64,000 nucleotides of DNA from an uncultured Alphaproteobacteria bacterium. GTDB lineage: Bacteria; Pseudomonadota; Alphaproteobacteria; Acetobacterales; Acetobacteraceae. The position numbers and the translations under genes were made by a program. The DNA is taken from contig CAVOKY010000011.1 of NCBI GenBank assembly GCA_963696645.1, positions 470,858-534,857 on the forward strand, given 5' to 3'. Under the pieces are notes generated by a model that had not been told where the DNA came from, ran no database searches, and saw only the letters and a program-made list of their open reading frames with translations. Of this stretch, positions 47,071 through 56,259 are shown in pieces. Position 1 is the stretch's first letter. Every line of letters begins with the position of its first letter.

Positions 47071-48723
47071 TCAGACTTCCGATAGGCTGAGGTCGATCCT
47101 CAGCTTGATCATCAGCGGCGTCTCCGGATTGCCGCCCAGAACCACGGCCGGCACGCTGCCACCGATGCGCACACCATGCCGCGTATCGATCGCAAGACCG
47201 GACGGCCAGAAGTCGAAATACACCTCGGCGCCATTCGGATGCATGGTGACCGGAAACCCGAGGTCGCCGACATGGCACAGCTTGTTGACCGCACCCTGGA
47301 CGACCTTGTGCATGCTGAGCAGGTCCGGCCGCCCGATCAGTTCGGCAAACAGCCGGCGGTAGAATTCGCGCACCGTCGGCATGGTCCCCCGAAACACCGA
47401 TGAAGACACAACGGGAACCTGCAACGAGCTTTGTTCCGGTGGCACGAAGAGTGCCAACCGGTGCCGATTGTAGTCCGAATCGGCGATACGTGTCGGGCCT
47501 TCCCAGAACACCGACAGGCCAGGTGTGGTGCTCAGGAACGGATCGCGCGGAAACACGGCGCTCATGCTGTCAAGCACCAGCACACGGTCCGGCATCGCCG
47601 CCTGGTCGGCTGCCAGCTTGTCGAGCACCTGGCTCAGATAGAAGTGCGCAATATTTTCCGCAATTCCGGGTTCGCTGGCGGGAACCTGATAGACGACGCA
47701 ATCATGGCGCGCCAGAACGTCCAGTTCGTGCGGTTCGAAATTGCCGACGCAATGCATGGTGACCGCGCCGGTAACGCAACGCAGACTGCCCAGAAACAGC
47801 TTCAGCCAGGCCGCGTCGCGATCGCGTTGGTAGAACGCGACGACCGCGTCGCCGGCAGCGGTCGCTGCTCGTGCGTCGGACGGCGCGGGTTCGCCAGCGG
47901 GTTCTGCTGCCGGCCATGCGCCGCGCATGGAGTCATCCGCCTGAAATCGTGGCGTCGCATGGACAAACGCGCGCGTCTTCGCATTGTCGTCCCAATGGCA
48001 CAGCACCGGCACCGGTCTGCCGTCGATCAGAACCTGCTGATCCGCGACCTGCACCAACTCATTCGGCAGCGCGCGCACCGCGGCGGCGACCAGGCCGGCC
48101 GGATCGAGCCAGGCGTCGGCGAGCGGACGCATGTGGACGACGTAATTGTGCACGCCCTGATCGATCGCGCCGGTGATCGGTGTCGTCCGGCCGCTCAGTT
48201 CCTGCGTCATCGCCACGAGATAGCGCAGCATGCCGTCACGCGTGCCGATGGTGCTACTGGCACTCACGCACAGGCAGTCGCGGACGTTGTGCGCCACCGC
48301 CTCGCCGTAGGCCTGTACCACCGCATCATGATCCGCCACTGACTCGCCAAGCCTGCGGCGCGTCGATGTGTAGACGATGGCGGCGGGCAGCGGCGCGGCA
48401 AACGGATCGGCCTGAAAGACCACGGCGGCCGGATCGGCCAGCATCACCTTGGCGTAGTCGTCGGCGTGCCGTGTCAGAAAGTCCAGATAACTGAAGTAGC
48501 GGCTCGCCAGCGCTGTCATGCGCGGCTGGGCCGACGGCCCGGTGCGCACGACGATGATGCCGTGGTCCCGAAGCTGGGCGATGGTATCGGCGGAGATATC
48601 CTCGACGCAGAGGCAGACGTCACCGGCGAATGTGGTGCGGCGCAGGGACGCGATGAACTTCTCCAGATGCCGGAACGGCTGCCGGGCCCACAGTCCCATG
48701 ATCAGGTGCTTGGCGCCGTTCAC
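47071..48723 (-). CDS. hypothetical protein, paralogue 2: two tandem GT-A-like domains
   Basis: GTG 48723 is preceded by GAGG. It is collinear with paralogue 1 along its full length. Shared pieces include HLIMGLWARQPFRHLEKFIASLRRTTFAGDV, VMLADPAAVVFQADPF, IDQGVHNYVVHMRP, AVVAFYQRDRDAAWLKLFLGSLR, VLVLDSMSAVFPRDPF and HKVVQGAVNKLC. The frame is intact. Confidence 0.6.
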   Translation of the reverse strand: MNGAKHLIMGLWARQPFRHLEKFIASLRRTTFAGDVCLCVEDISADTIAQLRDHGIIVVRTGPSAQPRMTALASRYFSYLDFLTRHADDYAKVMLADPAAVVFQADPFAAPLPAAIVYTSTRRRLGESVADHDAVVQAYGEAVAHNVRDCLCVSASSTIGTRDGMLRYLVAMTQELSGRTTPITGAIDQGVHNYVVHMRPLADAWLDPAGLVAAAVRALPNELVQVADQQVLIDGRPVPVLCHWDDNAKTRAFVHATPRFQADDSMRGAWPAAEPAGEPAPSDARAATAAGDAVVAFYQRDRDAAWLKLFLGSLRCVTGAVTMHCVGNFEPHELDVLARHDCVVYQVPASEPGIAENIAHFYLSQVLDKLAADQAAMPDRVLVLDSMSAVFPRDPFLSTTPGLSVFWEGPTRIADSDYNRHRLALFVPPEQSSLQVPVVSSSVFRGTMPTVREFYRRLFAELIGRPDLLSMHKVVQGAVNKLCHVGDLGFPVTMHPNGAEVYFDFWPSGLAIDTRHGVRIGGSVPAVVLGGNPETPLMIKLRIDLSLSEV

Positions 48724-48792
48724 GCAGTTGCCTCGGGCGGAAATGGATCGGACGAGGAAGTTAGAGCAGTTTCAGCACTGCCGCGAATGCCG

Positions 48793-50010
48793 TCAGGACC
48801 GTCGGGCATCATGCGCGTTGGCATCCGCCAGGCGCCGTACCAATTCGCCGCGGCACGCCGCCTCGCCGGCAACGCAGCCGCCATCCAGCCACCAGCGTCG
48901 CACATCGCGCAGCAGGGCGCCGATGCGCGGGCCCTCGGGCTCGCCCAGCGCCAGCACATCACGCCCCTCCAGCGGGAAAACCGGACGCGGCAGCGCGGAC
49001 AGGCGGGCTCGCAACGCCGCCCATTCCGGCGCGGCGCCGCCGGCCAGCCAGCTCCGGTCAAGCAGGACCGCCGCCGCTTCGTCCGCCAGCAGACGCCGCA
49101 ACACATCGTCATCCATGTCGGGCCGCGGCACCGAGCCGCCGCGCAAGCCTACCAGCCGGTCCCGCTCCGCCACCGACAGCCGCAGTCGTGCAGCCAACGC
49201 CAGCGGATCGCCGGTCAGCAGCGCTGCAAGCCGCAGCAGCGCATCGGGTGGCGCACCCGCCTCGACCAGCCGCTCGAGGCGTGCCGGGTCGGCACCTTCC
49301 GGCAGCACTGCGTCCAGCACGCCGAGGTCCGCCATCTGGCCAATCGCGGCTCGCGGATCGGGCGCGGATAAAATTCGACCAAACTCGCTCCACACGCGCT
49401 CCGCCGACAATCCCGCCAGTCCCGGCACGCCTGCGCGGATCGCCGCCAGCGCTGTCGGCTCCGCCGGTCCCGCGCCATAGCGGGAAAAGAACCGGAAGAA
49501 GCGCAGGATGCGCAGATAATCCTCGGCGATGCGCGTCGCGGGATCGCCGACGAAGCGCACACGCCCGGAGCGCAGGTCGGCCACGCCGTCGAAGTAGTCG
49601 AACACTGCGCCGTCGCGTGTCATCGACAGCGCGTTGATGGTGAAGTCCCGGCGCGCCGCGTCTGCCCGCCAATTGTCGGTGAATGCCACAACGGCGTGGC
49701 GCCCGTCGGTCTCGACGTCGCGCCGCAACGTGGTGATCTCGAAGCCATGTCCGTCCACGACCGCGGTCACCGTGCCATGGTCCAGCCCGGTCGGCACGGC
49801 ACGTATCCCGGCAGCTTGCAGCGCCTGAACCACCTGCGCAGGCTCGCGCGGGGTCGCCAGATCGACCTCGGTGACCGGTCGCCCCGCAAGCGTGTCGCGC
49901 ACCGCGCCACCGACCACCCGCGCCTCGGGGAGCACCGCCATCACCGATGTCAGCGCGGGCTCAGCCAGGAAGGCGGGAGGCGGGATCAACAGGGCGGGCG
50001 CCTCAGTCAT
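48793..50010 (-). CDS. cca: CCA tRNA nucleotidyltransferase / poly(A) polymerase family protein
   Basis: ATG 50010. It contains ARVVGGAVRDTLAGRPVTEVDLAT, TGLDHGTVT, TLRRDVETDGRHA, RDFTINAL and EDYLRILRFFRF, the head-domain motifs of class II nucleotidyltransferases. Confidence 0.85.
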   Translation of the reverse strand: MTEAPALLIPPPAFLAEPALTSVMAVLPEARVVGGAVRDTLAGRPVTEVDLATPREPAQVVQALQAAGIRAVPTGLDHGTVTAVVDGHGFEITTLRRDVETDGRHAVVAFTDNWRADAARRDFTINALSMTRDGAVFDYFDGVADLRSGRVRFVGDPATRIAEDYLRILRFFRFFSRYGAGPAEPTALAAIRAGVPGLAGLSAERVWSEFGRILSAPDPRAAIGQMADLGVLDAVLPEGADPARLERLVEAGAPPDALLRLAALLTGDPLALAARLRLSVAERDRLVGLRGGSVPRPDMDDDVLRRLLADEAAAVLLDRSWLAGGAAPEWAALRARLSALPRPVFPLEGRDVLALGEPEGPRIGALLRDVRRWWLDGGCVAGEAACRGELVRRLADANAHDARRS

Positions 50011-50252
50011 TGCGGCGCCGCGTGGCCCGGAATCACCCGGCCATTCTGCAGTTGCGCGGGTGCGTAGACGGTACCCGGCGGCAGTGCCGCCTCCTGGCTG
50101 AGCCAGATCATGGTGCCGATCAGCAGGATCACCACACCGGCGGTGGCGATGACCAGTCGAATGGACGGGCCGCGTTCCAGCGCGAACACGCGCCAAACAC
50201 CAAATGCCGCGAATGGGGCGAGGAACAGCGCCAGTTCAACCAGTCGAAGCAT
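50007..50252 (-). CDS. small membrane protein (hypothetical)
   Basis: MLRLVELALFLAPFAAFGVWRVFALERGPSIRLVIATAGVVILLIGTMIWL has two predicted TM helices. Its stop overlaps the cca start (ATGA), and its start overlaps the end of the Nudix gene. Confidence 0.5.
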   Translation of the reverse strand: MLRLVELALFLAPFAAFGVWRVFALERGPSIRLVIATAGVVILLIGTMIWLSQEAALPPGTVYAPAQLQNGRVIPGHAAPQ

Positions 50253-50853
50253 GCGGCCCCACAGCCCGCAGCTTCTGCGCCAGATGCACGAGAATCGCCG
50301 CTGTCGCACCCCAGATGTAGTGATCAGGGTGCGGCCACACCCAGTATTCCCGCCAGATGCCCTGCACATGATGGCGCTGCCGCTTCGGCGCGTCCGGATC
50401 GAGCAGTACGTCGATCGGCAGTTCGAACACCGAATCCACTTCATGCGGCGATGGCCGTAGCGCCAGGCCAGGCGGCAGCAATCCCACGACCGGGGTAATC
50501 CGATAGCCCGTGCCGGTGATGTAATCCGCCATCCTGCCCAGCACCTCGACCCGCGTCGGATCCAGCGCGATCTCCTCGTGGGCCTCGCGCAACGCGGCCG
50601 CTTCGGCATTGGCGTCGGTGGTGTCGATCCGGCCGCCGGGAAAGCTGACCTGGCCGCCATGCTTGTTCAGATGCGCGTTCCGCTTGGTGAGCAGCACGCC
50701 AGGGTAGGCTCCCAGGATGATCGGCACCAGCACCGCCGCCGGCACAGGCGCAGTGTTCAGCAAGGCCAGCACGTCATCGCCGTGCGCGACCTCGCCCGCG
50801 ACCGGTTCGGCAACAATCCCCACGAGCCGGGCCCGCAGTTCTGCCGCCGTCAT
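50236..50853 (-). CDS. Nudix hydrolase, CoA pyrophosphatase-like
   Basis: Nudix box GGQVSFPGGRIDTTDANAEAAALREAHEEIAL. The surrounding LLTKRNAHLNKHGGQVSFPGG pattern is typical of the NudL/CoA pyrophosphatase subgroup. Confidence 0.8.
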   Translation of the reverse strand: MTAAELRARLVGIVAEPVAGEVAHGDDVLALLNTAPVPAAVLVPIILGAYPGVLLTKRNAHLNKHGGQVSFPGGRIDTTDANAEAAALREAHEEIALDPTRVEVLGRMADYITGTGYRITPVVGLLPPGLALRPSPHEVDSVFELPIDVLLDPDAPKRQRHHVQGIWREYWVWPHPDHYIWGATAAILVHLAQKLRAVGPHASTG

Positions 50854-50878
50854 CGCCGGATCACCAGTTCAGCCGGGA

Positions 50879-51532
50879 TCACTCGCAGCCGGGAGGCAGT
50901 TCGCCAAGCGGGAAGAATTTGCCGTTGCTCCATACCCCGAGCATACGCCGGCAACCGACCCATTCCGGCACGGCGAGAGCGACCAGTTCGTAATAGACCG
51001 CCCGGTTGATGCGCGCCTCGACTGCATAGTCGCCAGCGCCATCGCGCACCCGCAGGTATGGTGTCGGCTCGCAGGTCAGCACGCCGTGCGCCACGCGGAT
51101 CGGATGCTTGGGGCCGGCGGTCACCACCTGATCGACATTGGTGCGGAACGACAGCATCTGCTGGCGTCCGTCGCCGGACCAGTCGAGTTCGACCGCGACA
51201 AACGGCGCATCCTCGACGTCGATGCGGCCACGTTCGGCGGGCGTCTCCAGCCAGAATGAGCCGTCCGCCTCGCGCTTCAACACGCTGGCGAACAGACACA
51301 CCAGTTCCTTGCGGCCGATCGGGCTGCCGCGGTACAGCCAGCTACCGTCGCGTCGGATCAGAAAAGGCAGGTCGCCGCATTCCACCGGCGGCCGTCGCAC
51401 GCGGGCACGCGCCTGCTTGCACGGTGCCGGGATGGGCGTGATCGCCTCGCCAAATCCCGCGGTCCTTGCGCGCGCAGTCGAACTGCTGCCGAAGGCTCCG
51501 GCGAGCGGCGCGGAAGAACTGGCCTCGTTCAC
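50879..51532 (-). CDS. DUF1285 domain protein
   Basis: FLIRRDGSWLYRGSPIGRKELVCLFASVLKREADGSFWLETPAERGRIDVEDAPFVAVE matches my recollection of DUF1285. That family commonly neighbours Nudix and MoxR genes in alphaproteobacteria. Confidence 0.65.
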   Translation of the reverse strand: MNEASSSAPLAGAFGSSSTARARTAGFGEAITPIPAPCKQARARVRRPPVECGDLPFLIRRDGSWLYRGSPIGRKELVCLFASVLKREADGSFWLETPAERGRIDVEDAPFVAVELDWSGDGRQQMLSFRTNVDQVVTAGPKHPIRVAHGVLTCEPTPYLRVRDGAGDYAVEARINRAVYYELVALAVPEWVGCRRMLGVWSNGKFFPLGELPPGCE

Positions 51533-51649
51533 GTCTCCGTCTCCATACTTGGCGATCTTCCTTCCCGGTTTGCGATATAGGGAGCATCCCCCCGGCGGCG
51601 AAAGTGCCTATATGACGGCTTGGTTAGAATTGTCGGAGATGGAGCCCGT

Positions 51650-52681
51650 ATGTCGATCAGTATGGCTGCCGCGCAACTAGCAGCGGGTAATGCGGGCTCG
51701 GTTGATGCCGGCACGATCCTCGCCGAGGTCGAGGCGTTGGGCGCGCGCATCGGTCGAGTGCGATCGGCGATCGGGCGCGTCATTTTCGGCCAGGATGAGG
51801 TGGTGGATCAGAGCCTGATCACGCTGCTATCGGGGGGCCACGTGCTGCTGGTCGGCGTCCCCGGCCTGGGCAAAAGCCGCCTGGTGGAGACGCTGGGCGT
51901 CGTACTGGGCCTGGCCACCAAGCGGGTGCAGTTCACCCCCGACCTGATGCCGGCCGATATCATCGGCAGCGAGGTGCTGGACGAAGCGGAGGGCAGACGC
52001 AGTTTCCGTTTCGTGCCAGGGCCGGTGTTCTGCCAGTTGCTGATGGCCGACGAGATCAACCGTGCCAGTCCGCGCACCCAGTCGGCGCTGTTGCAGGCCA
52101 TGCAGGAGCAGCGCGTGGCCGTGGCGGGCGCGGAACATAGATTGCCGCTGCCGTTCCATGTGCTGGCGACGCAGAATCCCATCGAGCAGGAGGGCACCTA
52201 TCCGCTGCCTGAAGCGCAGCTCGATCGCTTCCTGCTGCAGATCGACGTCGGCTATCCGGAACTGGCCGCCGAGAGGACCATGCTGCTTGCCACCACCGGG
52301 GCCGCCGAGCTGCCGCCGGAACAGGCGATGACTGCCGACGAACTGCGTGCGGCGCAGGCGCTGATCCGCCGCGTGCCGGTCGGTGAGAAGGTGGTGGACG
52401 CGATCCTGTCGCTGGTGCGCGGCGGGCGGCCGGAAGCATCCGACGATGCGACGGTGCGCCGTCACGTTGCATGGGGGCCCGGCCCGCGCGCCGCCCAGGC
52501 GCTGATGTTGGCATCGCGCGCACGCGCACTGCTGGGTGGCCGGTTGGCCCCGAGCGTGGATGATGTGGTGGCGCTGGCCCGTCCGGTGCTACGTCATCGC
52601 ATGGCGCTGAACTTCGCTGCCCGTGCCGATGGCGTTGTGCTGTCCGATGTGATCGATCGCCTGGTGGAGCGCCTTGCCTAG
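51650..52681 (+). CDS. MoxR-family AAA+ ATPase
   Basis: ATG 51650 has an upstream GGAG. It contains IFGQDEVVDQSLITLLSGGHVLLVGVPGLGKSRL (Walker A), QFTPDLMPADIIG, LLMADEINRASPRTQSALLQAMQE (Walker B/sensor) and FHVLATQNPIEQEGTYPLPEAQLDRF. Confidence 0.9.
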   Translation: MSISMAAAQLAAGNAGSVDAGTILAEVEALGARIGRVRSAIGRVIFGQDEVVDQSLITLLSGGHVLLVGVPGLGKSRLVETLGVVLGLATKRVQFTPDLMPADIIGSEVLDEAEGRRSFRFVPGPVFCQLLMADEINRASPRTQSALLQAMQEQRVAVAGAEHRLPLPFHVLATQNPIEQEGTYPLPEAQLDRFLLQIDVGYPELAAERTMLLATTGAAELPPEQAMTADELRAAQALIRRVPVGEKVVDAILSLVRGGRPEASDDATVRRHVAWGPGPRAAQALMLASRARALLGGRLAPSVDDVVALARPVLRHRMALNFAARADGVVLSDVIDRLVERLA

Positions 52682-53570
52682 CGGCGCCGTCCCGACCGCG
52701 ACGGACGCCAGGCGAGCGGAGGTACTCGGCGCCCGTCTGCCACCGCTGCTGGTAGCCGCCGATCGCGTCGCTGCGACAGTGGCCCAGGGCGTGCATGGCA
52801 GGCGGCGTGTTGGTCAGGGCGACAGTTTCTGGCAGTTCCGCCGCTTCGTACCGGGCGATCCGATCGCGCGCATCGACTGGCGGCAATCCGCGAAGTCCGG
52901 CCGTCCGGTGCCGGATGGTTGGTTCATCCGCGAGACCGAGTGGGAAGCGGCGCAAACCATCTGCCTGTGGCGCGACGGCTCTTCGTCGATGCGCTGGCGT
53001 TCGCGCGGCGCGACGGTGGAGAAACGCGAACGTGCTGGCCTGCTGCTGCTGGCGCTGGCTTCGCTGCTGCTTCGCGGTGGTGAACGCGTGGCGATGATCG
53101 AACCCGATGCCCGCCCGATTTCCGGCCGGCCCGGCCTGGACCGGCTGGCCCGGGCGCTGACGGGCGTCGCGGATGAGGATGCCGGCACGCCACCGCACGT
53201 TCCGCTGCCACGCCATGCGCGTGTCGTTCTGTTCGGCGATTTTCTGTCACCGCTCGAGGAAATCCAGGCGGCTATTGGCCGCATGGCGGCGGTCCCGGTC
53301 AGCGGCTTTCTGTTGCAGGTGCTGGATCCGGCGGAAGCCGACCTGCCGTACAGCGGGCGTATCCGCTTCCGTGGCCTGGAGCGCGAGGGCGATACATTGA
53401 TCCCGCGCGTGGAAGGCGTGCGCGATGAGTACGGTCGCCGCCTCAAGGCACAGCAGGACGGGCTGGCGGCGATCTGCTCGGCTGCCGGATTCGGCTTTGC
53501 CATTCACCGCACCGATCATCCACCAGAGGCCGCGCTGCTCGGCCTGTACGTGGCGCTGACCGCGCGATGA
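52674..53570 (+). CDS. DUF58 (vWA-like) protein, MoxR partner
   Basis: GVHGRRRVGQGDSFWQFRRFVPGDPIARIDWRQSAK is the DUF58 signature. The start is uncertain (TTG 52674 overlaps the moxR end). The stop overlaps the next ATG (ATGA). Confidence 0.8.
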   Translation: MPSGAVPTATDARRAEVLGARLPPLLVAADRVAATVAQGVHGRRRVGQGDSFWQFRRFVPGDPIARIDWRQSAKSGRPVPDGWFIRETEWEAAQTICLWRDGSSSMRWRSRGATVEKRERAGLLLLALASLLLRGGERVAMIEPDARPISGRPGLDRLARALTGVADEDAGTPPHVPLPRHARVVLFGDFLSPLEEIQAAIGRMAAVPVSGFLLQVLDPAEADLPYSGRIRFRGLEREGDTLIPRVEGVRDEYGRRLKAQQDGLAAICSAAGFGFAIHRTDHPPEAALLGLYVALTAR

Positions 53571-56251
53571 TCTTCGCTGCCCCTTGGGTACTGCTCGCGT
53601 TGCCGGCCCTGCCATTGCTGTGGTGGCTGCTGCGGGTGACACCGCCGGCGCCACGCAGCGAGACATTTCCCGCGATCCGTCTGCTGATGGGGCTGCACGC
53701 GCGCGAGGAGACGCCGGCGCGCACACCCTGGTGGCTGTTGCTGCTCCGGATGATCGCCGCGACGCTGGTGATCCTGGCGCTGGCGCGGCCCGTGTTGGAT
53801 GCCGGCTCGAGCCTGCCGGGCTCCGGCCCGATGCTGCTGGTGCTGGACAATGGCTGGGCATCCGCCGACGACTGGCCACGCCGGATGCAGGTGGCAAACA
53901 ACATGCTGGACCGCGCCGAGCGTGCCGGTCGGCAGGTCGCCCTGCTGGCCACGGCACCGGACGGAACTGGAGCCGCGCCGCGCATTACCGCGCCGATGCC
54001 GGTGGCCGACCTGCGTGCAAGGCTGGCGGCACTGCACCCCGAGGCGTGGCCGCCGGATCGCGCCGCCGCGGCTGCCGCACTGCAAGCATGGGATCGACCC
54101 GGCACCGCCGTCATCTATCTCGGCGACGGGCTGACGCATGGCGACGACTTTTCCCGCTTCGCCACCGCGCTGGACAATGCAGGCCCGGTGACCGAGTTGC
54201 GCTGGCCGACCGCGGCCGCCCGCCTGCTGCGTCCGCCGCTGAGCGAGCCTGACCGACTGGTCGCCCGCGTCGAACAGGTGCCTCAGCCTATGGCCAGCCG
54301 CGCCGTGGTCCTGGCACAGAGCGGCGACGGACGCACCCTGGCAAGCGCGACCGTCGACCTGCCGTCCGGTGCAGCCGACGCTACCGCGGCGATCGTGCTG
54401 CCTCCCGAGATGCGCAACCGGCTGAGCCGGCTGGTTCTTGAAGGTCCTCCATCTGCCGCTTCGGTCGTGCTGCTGGATGAACGCTGGCGGCGCCGGCCCG
54501 TGGGTATTCTGGCCGGCGATCTTGCCACCGCCGATACGCCATTCTCCGGGCCGCTGTATTACCTGCGTCGCGCGCTGTCGCCATTCACCGAGGTGCGCGA
54601 GTCCGACCTCACAACGCTGCTGCAACGCGAATTGTCGGTGGTGATCCTCGCCGACCGGCCACTGCCCGCCGGCGCCGATCGTGACGCATTGACCCGCTGG
54701 GTGGAGCAGGGCGGCCTGCTGATCCGCTTCGCCGGTCCGCGGACCGCTGAACAGCCGATCGGCGAAACCGATCCGCTGATGCCGGTTAAGCTGCTGAGCG
54801 GCGACCGGCAGCTTGGCGGGGCACTGTCCTGGGCGGAGCCGGCAGGCGTCGCGCCGTTCCCGGCCGGTTCGCCGTTCGCCGGTCTGACGGTGCCGAACGA
54901 GGTGAAGGTGAACCGGCAGGTGCTGGCGGAACCGTCGGCCGACCTCGCCAGCCATACCTGGGCGGCGTTGGCTGATGGCACGCCCCTGGTAACGGAAGCG
55001 GCGCGCGGCGCGGGGCGCATCGTGCTGTTCCACGTCACGGCGAACGCCGACTGGTCCAACCTGCCGCTGTCAGGGCTGTTCGTGGATATGCTGCGGCGGC
55101 TGGTCGCACTGTCGGTGGGGGTGGCGACCGCACCCGACAACACGGTGCTGTCGCCTGCGGAGACGCTGGACGGCTACGGGCTGCTGTCGCCGCCGCCGCC
55201 GGCCGCCGCCGGCCTGCCGGCCGCCGAAATTGCCCGCACCGTCGCCTCACCTCGTCACCCGCCTGGATTGTATGGGCCGGAGAACGGCAGGCGGGCGCTG
55301 AACCTTGGCGCCAATCTGCCGTCACCAGAGGCAGCGCCCGCGGTGTCGGGCGCGCGGGTGGAAAATCTCGGTGCCGCCGTGCCGGAGCGCGCACTGGGTC
55401 CCCCATTGCTGGCGGCCGCAGTGCTGCTGCTGGCGCTGGATATGCTGATCGCTCTCGGCTTGCGCGGACTGCTGCGGTCGAGCCGGGTGGCCGCGGCGGT
55501 GCTGTTCACCCTGCTGGTCGCTCCAGGGGCCCATGCGCTGGACGGCAATCCCAATCCGGCTTTGGCCACGCGGCTCGGCTACATCACCACAGGTGATCCG
55601 CAGTTGGACGCCGTATCGCGCGCCGGACTGGAAGGCCTGTCCGAGTATGTCAACCGGCGCACCGCCGCCACGCTGGTGGAGCCCGATCCGGTCGAGCCCG
55701 GCAACACCGATCTCAGCTTCTACCCATTGCTGTATTGGCCGATCAGCGCCGATGCGCAGCAGCTCAGCCCAGCGCAGGCCGCAGCGCTGAACGACTACAT
55801 GAGCCGCGGCGGCATTATCCTGATCGACACGCGGGATTCCGGTTCCGGCGCCGGCTTCGCGCCGGGGACCGATTCGGCGTTGCAGCGGGTGGCCCAGGGG
55901 CTGATCATTCCTCCGTTGGCGCCACTGACCACCGAGCATGTGCTGGCGCGCGCCTTCTATCTGCTGCACGATTTCCCCGGGCGTTACACTGGCGACACGG
56001 TGTGGGTGCAGCGCGACCAGGACCGCACGAACGACAGCGTCAGTCCGGTGATCATCGGCGGCAATGACTGGGCTGCGGCATGGGCGGTCGACGACACCGG
56101 GCACAATCCGTATGCGGTGATCCCAGGCGGCTCACGGCAGCGCACGCTGGCCTATCGGTTCGGCGTGAACCTGGTGATGTATGCGCTGACCGGGAACTAC
56201 AAGGGCGACCAGGTGCACGTGCCGGCGATATTGCAGCGGCTGGGGCAGTAG
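53567..56251 (+). CDS. membrane protein with BatA-type N-terminal double-TM domain and C-terminal DUF4159-like domain
   Basis: The N-terminus is MIFAAPWVLLALPALPLLWWLLRVTPPAP...WWLLLLRMIAATLVILALARP. The C-terminus is FYPLLYWPIS...LNDYMSRGGIILIDTRD...AYRFGVNLVMYALTGNYKGDQVHVPAILQRLGQ. 894 aa, frame intact. Confidence 0.7.
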   Translation: MIFAAPWVLLALPALPLLWWLLRVTPPAPRSETFPAIRLLMGLHAREETPARTPWWLLLLRMIAATLVILALARPVLDAGSSLPGSGPMLLVLDNGWASADDWPRRMQVANNMLDRAERAGRQVALLATAPDGTGAAPRITAPMPVADLRARLAALHPEAWPPDRAAAAAALQAWDRPGTAVIYLGDGLTHGDDFSRFATALDNAGPVTELRWPTAAARLLRPPLSEPDRLVARVEQVPQPMASRAVVLAQSGDGRTLASATVDLPSGAADATAAIVLPPEMRNRLSRLVLEGPPSAASVVLLDERWRRRPVGILAGDLATADTPFSGPLYYLRRALSPFTEVRESDLTTLLQRELSVVILADRPLPAGADRDALTRWVEQGGLLIRFAGPRTAEQPIGETDPLMPVKLLSGDRQLGGALSWAEPAGVAPFPAGSPFAGLTVPNEVKVNRQVLAEPSADLASHTWAALADGTPLVTEAARGAGRIVLFHVTANADWSNLPLSGLFVDMLRRLVALSVGVATAPDNTVLSPAETLDGYGLLSPPPPAAAGLPAAEIARTVASPRHPPGLYGPENGRRALNLGANLPSPEAAPAVSGARVENLGAAVPERALGPPLLAAAVLLLALDMLIALGLRGLLRSSRVAAAVLFTLLVAPGAHALDGNPNPALATRLGYITTGDPQLDAVSRAGLEGLSEYVNRRTAATLVEPDPVEPGNTDLSFYPLLYWPISADAQQLSPAQAAALNDYMSRGGIILIDTRDSGSGAGFAPGTDSALQRVAQGLIIPPLAPLTTEHVLARAFYLLHDFPGRYTGDTVWVQRDQDRTNDSVSPVIIGGNDWAAAWAVDDTGHNPYAVIPGGSRQRTLAYRFGVNLVMYALTGNYKGDQVHVPAILQRLGQ

Positions 56252-56259
56252 GCATCTGG

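Noticed and set aside
43604-48792. Mobile-element boundaries (integrase, transposase, tRNA, direct repeats) for the lower-GC island
   Set aside because: None found. Only REP-like sequence and a paralogue remnant lie at the left border, and the cca stop lies at the right. Horizontal origin remains an inference from composition only.
53516-55033. 505-aa minus-strand ORF
   Set aside because: It is antisense to the DUF4159-containing gene 53567..56251. It is Arg/Gly/Gln-rich and non-native-looking.
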